Shown here: positions 36,347 through 47,281 of the stretch, in pieces
Numbering within the stretch: the stretch's first letter is position 1
Layout of the letters: each line of letters begins with the position of its first letter
Origin: Gammaproteobacteria bacterium
GTDB lineage: Bacteria > Pseudomonadota > Gammaproteobacteria > Eutrophobiales > Eutrophobiaceae
Length of the DNA stretch: 64,000 nt
Direction: 5' to 3'
Assembly: GCA_965202915.1 (NCBI GenBank)
Contig: OZ241847.1
Coordinates: forward strand, 2,194,242-2,258,241
Translations under genes and position numbers: made by a program
The notes under the pieces: generated by a model
Database searches by the model: none
What the model saw: the letters and a program-made list of their open reading frames with translations, nothing else
What the model was told of the DNA's origin: nothing

Positions 36347-37855
36347 ATGAATAAAGAAATATTAATGGTAGTCGACGTCGTCTCCAACGAAAAAGGCGTC
36401 GCCAAAGAGATCATCTTTAACGCGCTGGAGGCGGCACTTGCAAGCGCAACCAAGAAACGCAGTCGCGAGGACATCGAGGCACGAGTATCGATTGATCGTG
36501 AAACGGGCGATTATAAAACCTTTCGCCGCTGGCAAGTGCTGGATGATGATCCGGAATTATTTGAAACGCCCAGCAGGCAAATATCATTGAGTGACGCGCG
36601 TAAAAATAATCCTGATATTAATGTGGGTGATTTTATCGAAGAACCGATGAAATCGCTGGAATATGGACGAATTGCGGCACAGGCGGCAAAACAGGTTATC
36701 GTCCAAAAAGTTCGTGAAGCAGAGCGCGACCAGGTTATCAAAAATTATCAGGACCGCATTGGTGAAATGCTGGGGGGAACTTTCAAACGCATGGACCGTA
36801 ATGGTGTAATTATCGATCTGGGCAATAATGCCGAGGGCTTGATCCCTCATTATGAATTGATTCCGCGTGAATCATTCAGACTCGGCGATCGTGTACGCGC
36901 TTATTTAACGGAGGTGAGACCGGAAGTACGCGGCCCCCAGTTATTCTTAAGCCGCACATCTCCAAAGCTGTTGATTGAACTCTTTAAAATCGAGGTTCCG
37001 GAAATTAATGAAGGCCTTATCGATATTATTAATGGTGCTCGCGACCCGGGGGTGCGGGCAAAGATTGCGGTAAAGGCAAATGATCCCCGCATTGACGCTG
37101 TTGGTGCTTGTGTCGGTATGCGCGGCTCCAGGGTGCAGGCGGTATCAAACGCGCTGGCCGGTGAACGTGTTGATATTATTTTATGGGATACAAATCCGGC
37201 TCAATTCGTTATTAATGCAATGGCACCGGCTGAAGTCGTTTCAATTATGGTGGATGAGGATGCAAAGTCCATGGATATTGCCGTTGCCGAAGAGCATTTA
37301 TCGCAGGCGATTGGCCGTGGAGGACAAAACGTTAAATTAGCCAGTGAACTGACTGACTGGGCACTAAACATCATGTCCATTGAACAGGCGGAAGAAAAAA
37401 ATGAATCTGAGGCGGAATCGTTGCGGGCGATATTCATGGAACAGCTGGACGTGGATGAGGAAGTGGCGATTATTCTGGTGCAGGAGGGTTTTTCCAGCAT
37501 TGAAGAAGTGGCCTATGTTCCGGAAAACGAGATGCTGGACATTGACGAATTTGATAATGAACTGGTGCAGGAATTAAGGGCGCGCGCGCGTAACGCCATA
37601 TTGACGCATGCCATCGCAAACGAAGAAAAACTGGGTGACGCCAAACCGGACAATGATTTATTGACTATGGAGGGCATGGATGAACAGTTGGCTTACGAAC
37701 TGGCCGGTCGAGGCGTGGTGACCGTGGAAAATTTGGCCGAACAATCGGTTGATGAACTGTTGGATATTCAAGGATTGGATAAAGATCGTGCCGGAGAGTT
37801 GATAATGACCGCCAGACAGCCTTGGTTCGAAGCCGAAAAAATGAGTAAGGTGTGA
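36347..37855 (+). CDS. nusA: Transcription termination/antitermination factor NusA
   Basis: [18 protein letters not shown].. at the N-terminus. S1 and KH regions are present (PGVRAKIAV.., [26 protein letters not shown]). Acidic C-terminal repeats follow. Confidence 0.95.
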   Translation: MNKEILMVVDVVSNEKGVAKEIIFNALEAALASATKKRSREDIEARVSIDRETGDYKTFRRWQVLDDDPELFETPSRQISLSDARKNNPDINVGDFIEEPMKSLEYGRIAAQAAKQVIVQKVREAERDQVIKNYQDRIGEMLGGTFKRMDRNGVIIDLGNNAEGLIPHYELIPRESFRLGDRVRAYLTEVRPEVRGPQLFLSRTSPKLLIELFKIEVPEINEGLIDIINGARDPGVRAKIAVKANDPRIDAVGACVGMRGSRVQAVSNALAGERVDIILWDTNPAQFVINAMAPAEVVSIMVDEDAKSMDIAVAEEHLSQAIGRGGQNVKLASELTDWALNIMSIEQAEEKNESEAESLRAIFMEQLDVDEEVAIILVQEGFSSIEEVAYVPENEMLDIDEFDNELVQELRARARNAILTHAIANEEKLGDAKPDNDLLTMEGMDEQLAYELAGRGVVTVENLAEQSVDELLDIQGLDKDRAGELIMTARQPWFEAEKMSKV

Positions 37856-37862
37856 GCAAGAG

Positions 37863-40361
37863 ATGGCAAAGATAACAATAGCTGAATTTGCTAAAAATAT
37901 AGGAGTCCCGACTGATCGTCTGACGCAGCAATTGATGGAAGCGGGCATGGGTGAAAAATCCGCCAATGGCATGATCACCGATGAGGAAAAATCTGATCTG
38001 CTTAATTTTCTGCGCCGCAGACATAGTAAAAAAGACGGCTTTGAACCTGAGAAAATTATCCTGAAAAGAAAAACAATCAGTGAAATCAAAATGCCGCCCA
38101 CCACCCAGAGCAGAATAAAGTCGCGGACAAAAACAGTGAACGTTGAATTTAGAAAACGCCGCACCTACGTTAAACGGAGCGTGGTAGCCAAAGACATGCT
38201 GAAGCAGAGGGAAGATGAAGTTGCCGCGCAACAGGCCAAACAACAGGAGGCAGAAGAGCAGAAATTAAAAATTCAGGCCGAAAAAGTCGCTCAACAAGCC
38301 GAGGAAGCGACGCCCCAGGCCGACGCGCTAAACAATGAAAAGGCGACGCTGATCAGTGAACCCCCGATAACCGCCGAAGAAAATGAAGTGAACGCGGCGT
38401 CTATGGACGCCGTGCCGCAGGCCACACCGGCGGCTGACGAGCCGGAAACGCCAAAGAAACAAGCGGAGCAAAAGGATCATAATAGTCGTAAAGAATTGCA
38501 TATTGCGAGTGAAAAATCCGGCCGGCGCAGGAAAAGAACCATCCGTCCGAAATCGGTGGTTGCCCAGGCATCACGCAAGCATGGATTTGAAAAACCAACC
38601 GCACCGATCGTTCATGCAGTGGAAATTCCCGAAAGCATTACCGTGGCGGATCTGGCCCAACGCATGTCCATTAAGGCTTCCGAAGTGCTCAAGACCATGA
38701 TGGGGCTGGGCAGTATCGCCACTATCAATCAGACTATCGATCAGGACGTGGCCGCAATTGTGGTGGAAGAGATGGGGCACAAACCGCAAATGCTAAAGGA
38801 GAACGCGCTGGAGGAAAAAATCATTCAGTCATCAAAGCAAGCGGGGGCGCAAATCAGCCGCACGCCGATCGTAACCATTATGGGACACGTTGACCACGGT
38901 AAAACGTCTTTGCTGGATTATATTCGCCGTTCCAAGGTGGCCGCCGGGGAACCCGGTGGCATCACGCAACATATTGGCGCATATCGGGTCTCCACCGATA
39001 ACGGCGATATTACCTTCCTCGACACACCGGGGCATGAGGCATTTACTGCAATGCGCGCTCGCGGGGCAAAAGTGACTGACGTGGTCGTGGTGGTTATCGC
39101 GGCCGATGATGGGGTCATGCCGCAAACCGATGAGGCGATCAAACATGCCAGGGCGGGTTCGGTGCCCATCATAGTTGCGATCAATAAAATTGACAAAGAT
39201 GACGCGGATACCGAGCGCGTCAAGCGGGAATTATCCAAGCATGGGCTGATTTCCGAAGACCTGGGCGGCGATACCATGGTGATTCACGTGTCTGCAAAAA
39301 CCGGGCAGGGCATTGATGAACTGCTGGACGGTATTCTCCTGCAAACGGAAATACTTGAGCTTAAGGCCATCAAATCCGGGCCTGCATCAGGCACTGTGAT
39401 CGAATCGAGACTGGACAAGGGACGTGGTCCGGTGGCCTCGATCCTGGTGCAGAATGGCAAATTAAACAAGGGCGACGTTATATTAAGCGGGCATGAGTTT
39501 GGGCGGGTTCGATCCATGATTGATCATAGTGGCAGGGAAGTAAGCGAAGTCGGACCTTCAACGCCGGTGGAGGTGTTCGGCTTGTCCGGCACGCCCAGGG
39601 CCGGCGATGAAATGATCGTCGTGCCGGATGAAAAGAAAGCGCGTGAGATTGCATTATTCAGGCAGGGGAAATACCGCGAAACCAAAATGGTACGGCAACA
39701 GACTGCCAAGCTCGAAGACGTGCTGTCACAAATGGGCGATGGCCTGGCAACCGGGTTGAATTTGATAATCAAAACCGACGTGCAGGGTTCGGCTGAAGCA
39801 ATGGTGGATATGCTGACGCGCTTGAGCAATGATGAAGTCCAGGTCAATATCGTCAGCAGTGGAGTGGGCGGGATCACAGAATCGGATATCAATTTGGCGA
39901 TGACCTCCAAAGGGAGGGTGATCGGTTTTAACGTCCGTGCCGACGCCGCGGCAAAAAAGCTGGCTGATGCGGAAGGTATAGATCTGCGCTATTACAGCGT
40001 CATCTATGACGTGGTTGATGACGTGAAAGCAATAATCACCGGATTGCTTACGCCTGAAGTGCATGAACAGATCATCGGTATTGCAGAGGTGCGTGATGTA
40101 TTCCATTCTCCCAAATTTGGGAATATTGCCGGATGTATGGTTGCAAGCGGAGCCATAAAGCGCAATAGCCCAATTCGGGTGTTGCGCGACAATATCGTCA
40201 TCTACCAGGGCGAATTGGAATCATTGAGACGATTCAAAAATGACGTCAGCGAGGTTAAATCCGGGATGGAATGCGGGATAGGCGTTAAAAATTACACCGA
40301 CGTCAGAGTCGGGGATCAGATAGAAATATTTGAATGTGTCGAAGTGGAGCGTAATACATAG
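37863..40361 (+). CDS. infB: Translation initiation factor IF-2
   Basis: 832-aa ORF with GTPase motifs [17 protein letters not shown] and NKID. Confidence 0.97.
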   Translation: MAKITIAEFAKNIGVPTDRLTQQLMEAGMGEKSANGMITDEEKSDLLNFLRRRHSKKDGFEPEKIILKRKTISEIKMPPTTQSRIKSRTKTVNVEFRKRRTYVKRSVVAKDMLKQREDEVAAQQAKQQEAEEQKLKIQAEKVAQQAEEATPQADALNNEKATLISEPPITAEENEVNAASMDAVPQATPAADEPETPKKQAEQKDHNSRKELHIASEKSGRRRKRTIRPKSVVAQASRKHGFEKPTAPIVHAVEIPESITVADLAQRMSIKASEVLKTMMGLGSIATINQTIDQDVAAIVVEEMGHKPQMLKENALEEKIIQSSKQAGAQISRTPIVTIMGHVDHGKTSLLDYIRRSKVAAGEPGGITQHIGAYRVSTDNGDITFLDTPGHEAFTAMRARGAKVTDVVVVVIAADDGVMPQTDEAIKHARAGSVPIIVAINKIDKDDADTERVKRELSKHGLISEDLGGDTMVIHVSAKTGQGIDELLDGILLQTEILELKAIKSGPASGTVIESRLDKGRGPVASILVQNGKLNKGDVILSGHEFGRVRSMIDHSGREVSEVGPSTPVEVFGLSGTPRAGDEMIVVPDEKKAREIALFRQGKYRETKMVRQQTAKLEDVLSQMGDGLATGLNLIIKTDVQGSAEAMVDMLTRLSNDEVQVNIVSSGVGGITESDINLAMTSKGRVIGFNVRADAAAKKLADAEGIDLRYYSVIYDVVDDVKAIITGLLTPEVHEQIIGIAEVRDVFHSPKFGNIAGCMVASGAIKRNSPIRVLRDNIVIYQGELESLRRFKNDVSEVKSGMECGIGVKNYTDVRVGDQIEIFECVEVERNT

Positions 40362-40401
40362 ACCGCAGTCAGGTGACGCTGCTTTATCATAAGTCGATAT
40401 C

Positions 40402-40761
40402 ATGCCAAAAGAATTTGGACGCAATCGCCGTATTGCCGAGTTGATCAAGCACGAGCTGGCGGGGGCCTTGCAACAGCGGTTCCCGACCAGTCAATATGGC
40501 CTTATCACCCTGTCGGCGGTGGACGTCAGCCCTGACCTGGAAAATGCCAGGGTTTATGTAACCTGCCTCAGAGAGGATAGCGATATCCCGGTTTTTATCA
40601 AAGCACTGAATGCGCAGACGTATTTTTTTAGAACCCGGATCGCCAGGGTAATGCACTCCAGAAAAGTGCCGGTAATACAATTCCAATATGACGAATCGAT
40701 ACGGCGGAGTGAACGTCTGACTGCGCTGCTTGATTCACTGGCACCGCCAAAGACCGATTGA
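40402..40761 (+). CDS. rbfA: Ribosome-binding factor A
   Basis: 119-aa ORF starting MPKEFGRNRRIAELIKHELA, in the conserved position after infB. Confidence 0.9.
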   Translation: MPKEFGRNRRIAELIKHELAGALQQRFPTSQYGLITLSAVDVSPDLENARVYVTCLREDSDIPVFIKALNAQTYFFRTRIARVMHSRKVPVIQFQYDESIRRSERLTALLDSLAPPKTD

Positions 40762-40786
40762 TCAAAATAATCAGCCCGGAAAGACG

Positions 40787-41689
40787 GTGCAACGCGGTAG
40801 AAACCTGAACGGTATATTATTATTGGATAAGCCCGCCGGCAGGACCTCCAACCAGGTTTTACAAGTCATCAAGAGACTATTTGATGCAGACAAGGCCGGG
40901 CACACCGGCAACTTGGACAGACCGGCGACCGGATTATTAATCATCTGTTTTGGCCGTGCCACCAAGATATCCGGCTTCCTGTTAAATGCGGATAAATATT
41001 ATCGAGTCCAATGCCGGTTGGGTATTCAAACCACAACCGGAGACGCCGAGGGTGATATCGTCGAGCAGAGACCGGTGGACAATTATTCTGCGACCGATAT
41101 CCGGCCGATACTATCGGCATTTACCGGTGAGAGTAAGCAGGTGCCGCCGATGTATTCCGCGCTGAAACATAATGGCCGGAGATTGTATCGACTCGCCTAT
41201 CGAGGCATCAACGTGGCGCGTAAACCGCGCAAAATAAAAATTTCCAAGATCAAGCTGCTTGACTATGCATCCGAGCGACTGAGCCTGGAAGTGCACTGCT
41301 CAAAAGGGACCTATATTCGCGTCCTGGTGGAAGATATTGGCGATAAGTTGGGTTGTGGCGCGCACGTGCATGATCTCAGACGGCTTGGTATCGGACATTT
41401 TAGCGCTCAGCAAATGCTGTCATTGGACACGATTGAGGACTTGGCGCAACAAGGATATGCCGCTCTGGATAAGTTGCTTCTCCCGATAGATGCGGCCTTG
41501 ACAAATTTGGCCACCGTATATCTGGATGAAAAGACGGCGTACTATTTGCGCCGGGGGCGGGCCGTGCGGGTGTCGGATGCGCCGGCACAGGGGTGGCTGC
41601 GAATCTATGATGAGCGGGGAAACTTTTTTGCCATTGGAGAGGCAAGGGGGGACGGGCATATCGCTACAAAGCGTTTAATCATCCCCTGA
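40787..41689 (+). CDS. truB: tRNA pseudouridine-55 synthase
   Basis: NGILLLDKPAGRTSNQ and GHTGNLDRPATGLL (catalytic Asp motif) are present. The start is placed at an in-frame GTG at 40787. The ORF-track start at 40730 overlaps rbfA. Confidence 0.88.
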   Translation: MQRGRNLNGILLLDKPAGRTSNQVLQVIKRLFDADKAGHTGNLDRPATGLLIICFGRATKISGFLLNADKYYRVQCRLGIQTTTGDAEGDIVEQRPVDNYSATDIRPILSAFTGESKQVPPMYSALKHNGRRLYRLAYRGINVARKPRKIKISKIKLLDYASERLSLEVHCSKGTYIRVLVEDIGDKLGCGAHVHDLRRLGIGHFSAQQMLSLDTIEDLAQQGYAALDKLLLPIDAALTNLATVYLDEKTAYYLRRGRAVRVSDAPAQGWLRIYDERGNFFAIGEARGDGHIATKRLIIP

Positions 41690-41788
41690 TCGGTGGGCAC
41701 TGCCAAGCGATAAAAATAGCGGGAATAGAGTGTATCTTTATGGCTCCGAGACAAACCAGGCACCATTTCTTCCATGCGGGTTATCGAT

Positions 41789-42958
41789 TTACCAGGGACG
41801 GAGAACAAAATCAGCGACTTTCGAAGAATAATCTATCGGGGGAATGCGATGCCTTTTCCATTTGGGTTGGGCCAGCTCATCCAATGCCTCAAGGATTTCC
41901 GGTTCTGACGCATCTGCCGGCAGCGACAGACCCGCTTTGAAACGATGAATTTCCTTTATGGTGTCTGCTTCCGGCGGCCCAAGAAATAGAACCGGCGCCT
42001 CCGTTTGGAGAATTCCGTACAGCTTGCTGGGAATAATGATGCCCTCCCATCCCGGATTCATTGTGATTAAGTGCACGGTGGCGTTGAAAAAAAGATTAGT
42101 GAATTCTTCCAATGGCGGATAATCAAGGACACAAAAGTTTTTGAGGTCGTTAGTATCCTCGATCAGCTGCTTGCGACCAGACCCGCGGATGACAAACACG
42201 AATATCCAGTCATTGTGGTTTGCTTCAGACAACAAACGAGCCGCGCCCACTAGGGCTTTTGAGGAATGACCCCGGCCAAGATTGCCCGCGTAGAGGGCGA
42301 TCTTGGCGTCCTTCAGTCCGTGCCTCTCGACAAGGCTGTCATTGCTTGTCTTGTGGCGCCGGAGCGGACGGGCATCCCATGGAGGGATCACAACAATTGC
42401 CTGATCGCGATTATGTAAGGCAGGATAACGACTTAGGCGTTGCTTCTGTTTCTCGCCGAGCGAGATCACGCCCGCAATACTTTTCAGTCCCAGGTTGTTT
42501 ACGCGGCGCAGGCAACGATAGACAATACCGCTCTCGTTTAGGAACGAAGCAGCCGCCAATGCCTCCGGATAGAGATCCATCGCCCACAAAATCAGAGAGC
42601 GCTTCCTGCCATAGCAAAACAGGCGTGAGGGCCAGGCACTGAAGATCAAAAAAGGTGGGTCCGTCAATAGAACACAACGGTCCCAGTTAAGCAGTGGGAC
42701 CCGGATGAGGGCCTGGCACCAGAACAGAAACCAGTTGAGAGGACGCAAGCGGAAAGGCGGGGTAAAGGCAAAATGCATGACAAATGCGCCGGCTCTATCC
42801 GCTCGCGCGGGCATTGAAGGCACGTATGAATCGCGGCTGGAAAAAACCTCCACGGTGTGACCCTTGACGGCCAGGTGGAGAGCCACGTCATGGAGCATTC
42901 TGCCGGAGGGAGAAGCCTGCTCGTCTCCGAAAAATCGATTGACTAAGAGAATACGCAT
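41789..42958 (-). CDS. GT-B glycosyltransferase (family 4/1-like)
   Basis: MRILLVNRFFG.. at the N-terminus, with a C-terminal E-x7-E-like region (..GWEGIIIPSKLYGILQTEAPVLFLGPPE). It is a stand-alone gene, convergent with truB. Confidence 0.75.
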   Translation of the reverse strand: MRILLVNRFFGDEQASPSGRMLHDVALHLAVKGHTVEVFSSRDSYVPSMPARADRAGAFVMHFAFTPPFRLRPLNWFLFWCQALIRVPLLNWDRCVLLTDPPFLIFSAWPSRLFCYGRKRSLILWAMDLYPEALAAASFLNESGIVYRCLRRVNNLGLKSIAGVISLGEKQKQRLSRYPALHNRDQAIVVIPPWDARPLRRHKTSNDSLVERHGLKDAKIALYAGNLGRGHSSKALVGAARLLSEANHNDWIFVFVIRGSGRKQLIEDTNDLKNFCVLDYPPLEEFTNLFFNATVHLITMNPGWEGIIIPSKLYGILQTEAPVLFLGPPEADTIKEIHRFKAGLSLPADASEPEILEALDELAQPKWKRHRIPPIDYSSKVADFVLRPW

Positions 42959-43370
42959 GAAGGCAGGACTCAATTACAGTACAGGCAGTGTAGAAGCAGG
43001 TGCAAGCTGATAGACGGTCAATACGGTTACAAAAAATACCCTGATGCAGGACGACAAACCATGCCGGCATTTATTCTGTTGTCAATGAGTCTGGATTGCA
43101 GTCCGGGCATTATTGAGATTCCACATGAAATAGGTTGGCTATGATGTATGGGTATTATAAAACACCTGCATTGACAAATACAGCGGGGAAGCATGCACTT
43201 AGGTTGCAAAGGGGCCATTGATGGACAAGAGTTAAAGCATGGCTATTGCCGGCGTGGTGGTATCGCTTGAATAACGGTCACAGAGCCGGGCATGCATGGA
43301 ATCACAAAGCAAATTGGCACAACGGATAGCGGTCAATGCCAAAATTTCGTCTTTTTTACACTTAAATGCA

Positions 43371-43399
43371 TTGCATGAGGACGGCGACTCATCTACAAT
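43371..43399 (+). promoter_or_regulatory. Sigma70-type promoter candidate for the rpsF operon
   Basis: TTGCAT (43371-43376), a 17-nt spacer, then TACAAT (43394-43399). It lies ~67 nt upstream of the rpsF ATG. Confidence 0.45.
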
Positions 43400-43465
43400 T
43401 AACCCTTTAGCGTTTGTCTCACCGTCTTAAAATGAGGAAATTACTTAACCATGAGGATGCAATAG

Positions 43466-43963
43466 ATGCGGCACTATGAAATTGTGTTATTGGTCCATCC
43501 CGACCAGAGCGACCAGGTGCCCGCGATGGTAGATAAATACCAGGCCATGGTCACTACTAATGGTGGTGCCATTCATCGCATTGAAGACTGGGGACGGAGA
43601 TTGCTCGCCTATCCGATCAATAAAATGCATAAAGCGCATTATATTCTGCTCAATATCGAATGCGACGCGGATATCCTTAAACAGCTTACCGACGGGTTTT
43701 TCTTCAACGACGCGGTTATTCGTAATCTTGTTATTCGCCGTGACCGCGCCTTCAAGGAACCATCGCTGTTGGCAAAATCCGATGAAGAAGGTGATGACGG
43801 CGACGACGCGGAGGCACAGGAACCGGAAAGTGTTGAAGGAGAGGATTTAAAGCAGTCTGATGCACAGGAGCTGCCGGCGGATAACACCGCCGATCCGGTG
43901 GAAGAAACCTCCGGGGAACGCGACGAAACAGCCGAAGACGCGGCGGCAACCGATAAAGTATAG
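43466..43963 (+). CDS. rpsF: 30S ribosomal protein S6 with a long acidic C-terminal tail
   Basis: [18 protein letters not shown]... Confidence 0.95.
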   Translation: MRHYEIVLLVHPDQSDQVPAMVDKYQAMVTTNGGAIHRIEDWGRRLLAYPINKMHKAHYILLNIECDADILKQLTDGFFFNDAVIRNLVIRRDRAFKEPSLLAKSDEEGDDGDDAEAQEPESVEGEDLKQSDAQELPADNTADPVEETSGERDETAEDAAATDKV

Positions 43964-43974
43964 AGGAACACTCG

Positions 43975-44199
43975 ATGGCATATTTTTTAAAACATAAGCG
44001 CTATTGCCGCTTTACAGTAGAGCGTGTTGAGGAAATTGATTACAAGGATATAAACATGCTAAGGAATTACATTACCGAAACGGGGAAAATTATCCCGAGT
44101 AGAATGTCCGGTACCAGTGCAAAATATCAGCGACAGTTGGCGACGGCAATTAAACGTGCAAGATTTCTGGCGCTTATGCCATACTGTGACGCACACTAG
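43975..44199 (+). CDS. rpsR: 30S ribosomal protein S18
   Basis: 74-aa ORF containing [57 protein letters not shown]. Confidence 0.95.
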   Translation: MAYFLKHKRYCRFTVERVEEIDYKDINMLRNYITETGKIIPSRMSGTSAKYQRQLATAIKRARFLALMPYCDAH

Positions 44200-44292
44200 C
44201 AAAATATATATTATTGTTGTCACCCCCGGGTTGCCAGAATAACCATGACAAGCCGGGTATCGTCCGATACCATTTGATTTTGAGAAGCGGCA

Positions 44293-45195
44293 ATGCACGC
44301 ATTGGGCAACCATATACTTCGCGGCCGGTCACAAGCGATTATAATTATTACCGCCTTCACCCTGTGCTCCGTGATATTATTTCCATTGGCTTATTTGCTA
44401 AGTGGCGCGCCGCTGGCCCTGGTCACTTTGGGGCAAGGCAGTCGGCAGGGCCTGCAGGTTATTATCGGGGTCGGACTGGTTCTGACTTTATTTAGCCTGG
44501 CCGTGCAATGGCCGGTGCATCTGGTACTGGCATATTCTATTTTTATCTGGATACCGGTGTGGTTATGCGCAACCATTTTGCGCTTGAGTCAACAACAGGG
44601 CATACTGGTAACCGCGGCCGGTTTAATGGGCATAGTGACATTGGCCACCTTATACGTCACATTGAGCGACACTGGCGGCTGGTGGCAAAATCTGCTTAAT
44701 AACGTAATTGAAAAGAATCTGCCCATTGAGCAACAAGCCGAATACAAAGACAGGCTATTGCCGATGGCGGAGTTTATCAGCGCTTTGCTGGTGGTCGGCT
44801 TTGTGGTAAATTTGGTCACAACGGTCATGTTGTCGCGCTGGTGGCAGGCTTTGCTGTACAATCCGGGTGGATTCGGTAAAGAATTTCGCGCACTCCGGTT
44901 GCCACCGGTAATACTGATGCTGACCGCGGTAAATATTATTGCCTGCCTGGTCGTAGCCGAGCCCTGGGGCCGGTTTGCCAGAGACACGTTGGCGGTAATA
45001 GTATTTATGTTTTTATTTCAGGGTCTGGCTTTGGCGCATAGAACCGTCGACGCCAGGCGCTTACCTGATTTTTGGCTGGTGATCACGTACGGCTTACTGC
45101 TGCTTGTACCGGGGTTGGCACTGTTTATGGCCTGCCTGGGGATGATCGACAGTTGGCATGCAAGCCGTAAGCCCATCAGGCCTAATCATGATTAA
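44293..45195 (+). CDS. Uncharacterised polytopic membrane protein embedded in the rpsF-rpsR-rplI operon
   Basis: 300-aa ORF with ~7 hydrophobic segments, located between rpsR and rplI. Confidence 0.7.
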   Translation: MHALGNHILRGRSQAIIIITAFTLCSVILFPLAYLLSGAPLALVTLGQGSRQGLQVIIGVGLVLTLFSLAVQWPVHLVLAYSIFIWIPVWLCATILRLSQQQGILVTAAGLMGIVTLATLYVTLSDTGGWWQNLLNNVIEKNLPIEQQAEYKDRLLPMAEFISALLVVGFVVNLVTTVMLSRWWQALLYNPGGFGKEFRALRLPPVILMLTAVNIIACLVVAEPWGRFARDTLAVIVFMFLFQGLALAHRTVDARRLPDFWLVITYGLLLLVPGLALFMACLGMIDSWHASRKPIRPNHD

Positions 45196-45237
45196 GACGG
45201 GGCACTGTCCCATTTGTTAATTAACGGTAGCGATGAG

Positions 45238-45690
45238 ATGGACATTATTTTATTGGAAAAAGTGCATAGTCTCGGTGACCTGGGAGATCAGGTCAAAGTC
45301 AGGCCCGGATACGGGCGCAATTATTTGATACCCAGCGGCAAGGCGGTGGCAGCCTCCGATGATAATCGCAAGATGGTCAAAGTCCGGCAGGCGGAGCTGG
45401 AAAAACAGCAAAAACAAACCCTGGAGCGAGCCGCTGCCAGGGCCGAAAAGATGCGGGACTTGACAGTCGATATCACCAGCAAAGCCGGTGCCTCGGGCAA
45501 ACTGTTTGGTTCCGTGGGAACCGCCGATATAGCCGCCGCGGCCACGGCCGCCGGAGTGGAACTCGCCAAGCACGAGGTCAGATTACCGCAGGGTTCACTA
45601 CGGGCAACGGGTGAATATGATATTGACGTGCAATTACACGCGGACGTGACAACGGCAATTAAAATCAATATTGTAGCGGAGGAATCTTAG
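45238..45690 (+). CDS. rplI: 50S ribosomal protein L9
   Basis: The internal ATG gives MDIILLEKVHSLGDLGDQVKVRPGYGRNYLIPSGKAV. Confidence 0.95.
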   Translation: MDIILLEKVHSLGDLGDQVKVRPGYGRNYLIPSGKAVAASDDNRKMVKVRQAELEKQQKQTLERAAARAEKMRDLTVDITSKAGASGKLFGSVGTADIAAAATAAGVELAKHEVRLPQGSLRATGEYDIDVQLHADVTTAIKINIVAEES

Positions 45691-45853
45691 CTATAGGTAT
45701 GATGCACTTTTAGCTCCAGGCCATCAAACATCCCATCTCGTATTAGATACGCGGATAGGTTGATGAATTTGTAAGCTGCTGCCGATGACCCCGGTTCCGT
45801 GGCTTGTTGCGAAAGCTCATCATTGCAGAGCAAACGAAAATCCGGAGGAAATA

Positions 45854-47281
45854 ATGCAGGAAATGGCTCAAACACCCGGTGCCGGTGACGCCGAAGTTGA
45901 TGCTTTGAAAATCCCGCCTCACTCCATTGAGGCCGAGCAGTCGGTGCTGGGTGGCGTGTTGTTGGATAAAAATGCCTGGGTTAAAGCCACCGAACACGTT
46001 CGGCAAGAGGATTTTTACCGGAAAGACCACAGACTTATCTTTCAGGCCATCGCCAGGCTGGATAACGAAGGTCAGCCGTTCGATATCGTCACAGTGGCGG
46101 AATGGCTGGAAAACCATCAACAGCTCGAAGACGCCGGCGGGATAAGTTATCTGGCCGCATTGGCGGAAAACACCCCCCACGTCAGCAACATTGCCGTCTA
46201 TGCCGATATAGTACGAAAGCGCTCGATCCTGCGTCAACTCATCACCGCAACCAGGAATATAGGCGACACCATTTTTAATCCGCAGGGTAGAAGCAGCGAC
46301 GAAATTCTGGATTTTGCCGAGCAGTTGGTGTTTGAAATCGCCGAACAGGAAGGGCGTAGCAAAAAAAATTACAAGAACATCAAAGACGTTGTGGCAACCG
46401 CGCTTAAACGCGTGGATGAACTGTTTCACAAGAACAGTCCCATTACCGGCGTGGCAACCGGTTTCGATGATCTGGATGCCAAAACGGCGGGCCTGCAACC
46501 CTCCGATCTGATCATCATTGCCGGACGTCCGTCCATGGGAAAAACCGCACTGGCAATTAATATCGCCGAGCATGCCGCGATCAAGGACAAAATGACCGTT
46601 GCTATCTTCAGCATGGAAATGTCGGGCGAACAACTTGCCATGCGGATGATGGCGTCGCTGGCGCGTATCGATCAACACAATATCCGCACCGGTAGGCTTG
46701 ATGAAGACGATTGGCCAAGATTAACCTCTTCACTGGCGGTATTGTCGGAAACCAGCATGTTTATCGATGATACCCCGGCGTTAACGCCCGCCGAATTAAG
46801 AGCACGTTGCCGACGTATTGCCAGAGAGCAGCACGGTCTTGATATGATTGTGGTTGATTACCTGCAACTCATGCAAGTGCCGGGTACGGCGGAGAATCGA
46901 GCCACGGAATTATCCGGGATATCCCGTTCCCTAAAGGCAATGGCAAAGGAATTGAATATTCCAGTGGTTGCATTATCACAATTAAATCGCAGTCTCGAAC
47001 AACGGCCCAACAGACGTCCGGTGATGTCCGACCTGCGTGAGAGTGGCGCGATTGAACAGGACGCCGACGTTATCCTGTTTATTTATCGCGACGAGGTTTA
47101 TGACAAGGACAGTCCCGACAAAGGCATGGCCGAAATCATTATAAGCAAACAAAGAAACGGCCCGATTGGCATGGTGAAATTGGCTTTCAGGGGACAATTT
47201 ACCCGCTTTGAAAATTATATTGAGGAACGGGACCTGGTCCTGGCGGGCGACTCATACCTTGTATCGAGATCGGATGAATGA
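45854..47281 (+). CDS. dnaB: Replicative DNA helicase
   Basis: PPHSIEAEQSVLGGVLLD is present, with Walker A AGRPSMGKTALAINIA. IVVDYLQLM and LSQLNRSLEQR are also present. Confidence 0.95.
   Translation: MQEMAQTPGAGDAEVDALKIPPHSIEAEQSVLGGVLLDKNAWVKATEHVRQEDFYRKDHRLIFQAIARLDNEGQPFDIVTVAEWLENHQQLEDAGGISYLAALAENTPHVSNIAVYADIVRKRSILRQLITATRNIGDTIFNPQGRSSDEILDFAEQLVFEIAEQEGRSKKNYKNIKDVVATALKRVDELFHKNSPITGVATGFDDLDAKTAGLQPSDLIIIAGRPSMGKTALAINIAEHAAIKDKMTVAIFSMEMSGEQLAMRMMASLARIDQHNIRTGRLDEDDWPRLTSSLAVLSETSMFIDDTPALTPAELRARCRRIAREQHGLDMIVVDYLQLMQVPGTAENRATELSGISRSLKAMAKELNIPVVALSQLNRSLEQRPNRRPVMSDLRESGAIEQDADVILFIYRDEVYDKDSPDKGMAEIIISKQRNGPIGMVKLAFRGQFTRFENYIEERDLVLAGDSYLVSRSDE

Noticed and set aside
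37658-38243. 168-aa and 192-aa ORFs antisense to the nusA end and the infB N-terminal region.
   Set aside because: They overlap well-supported essential genes and have low-complexity translations.
45743-46678. 311-aa ORF antisense to dnaB.
   Set aside because: It lies fully inside a strongly supported dnaB frame. It has no motifs and no start context, so it is a chance antisense ORF.
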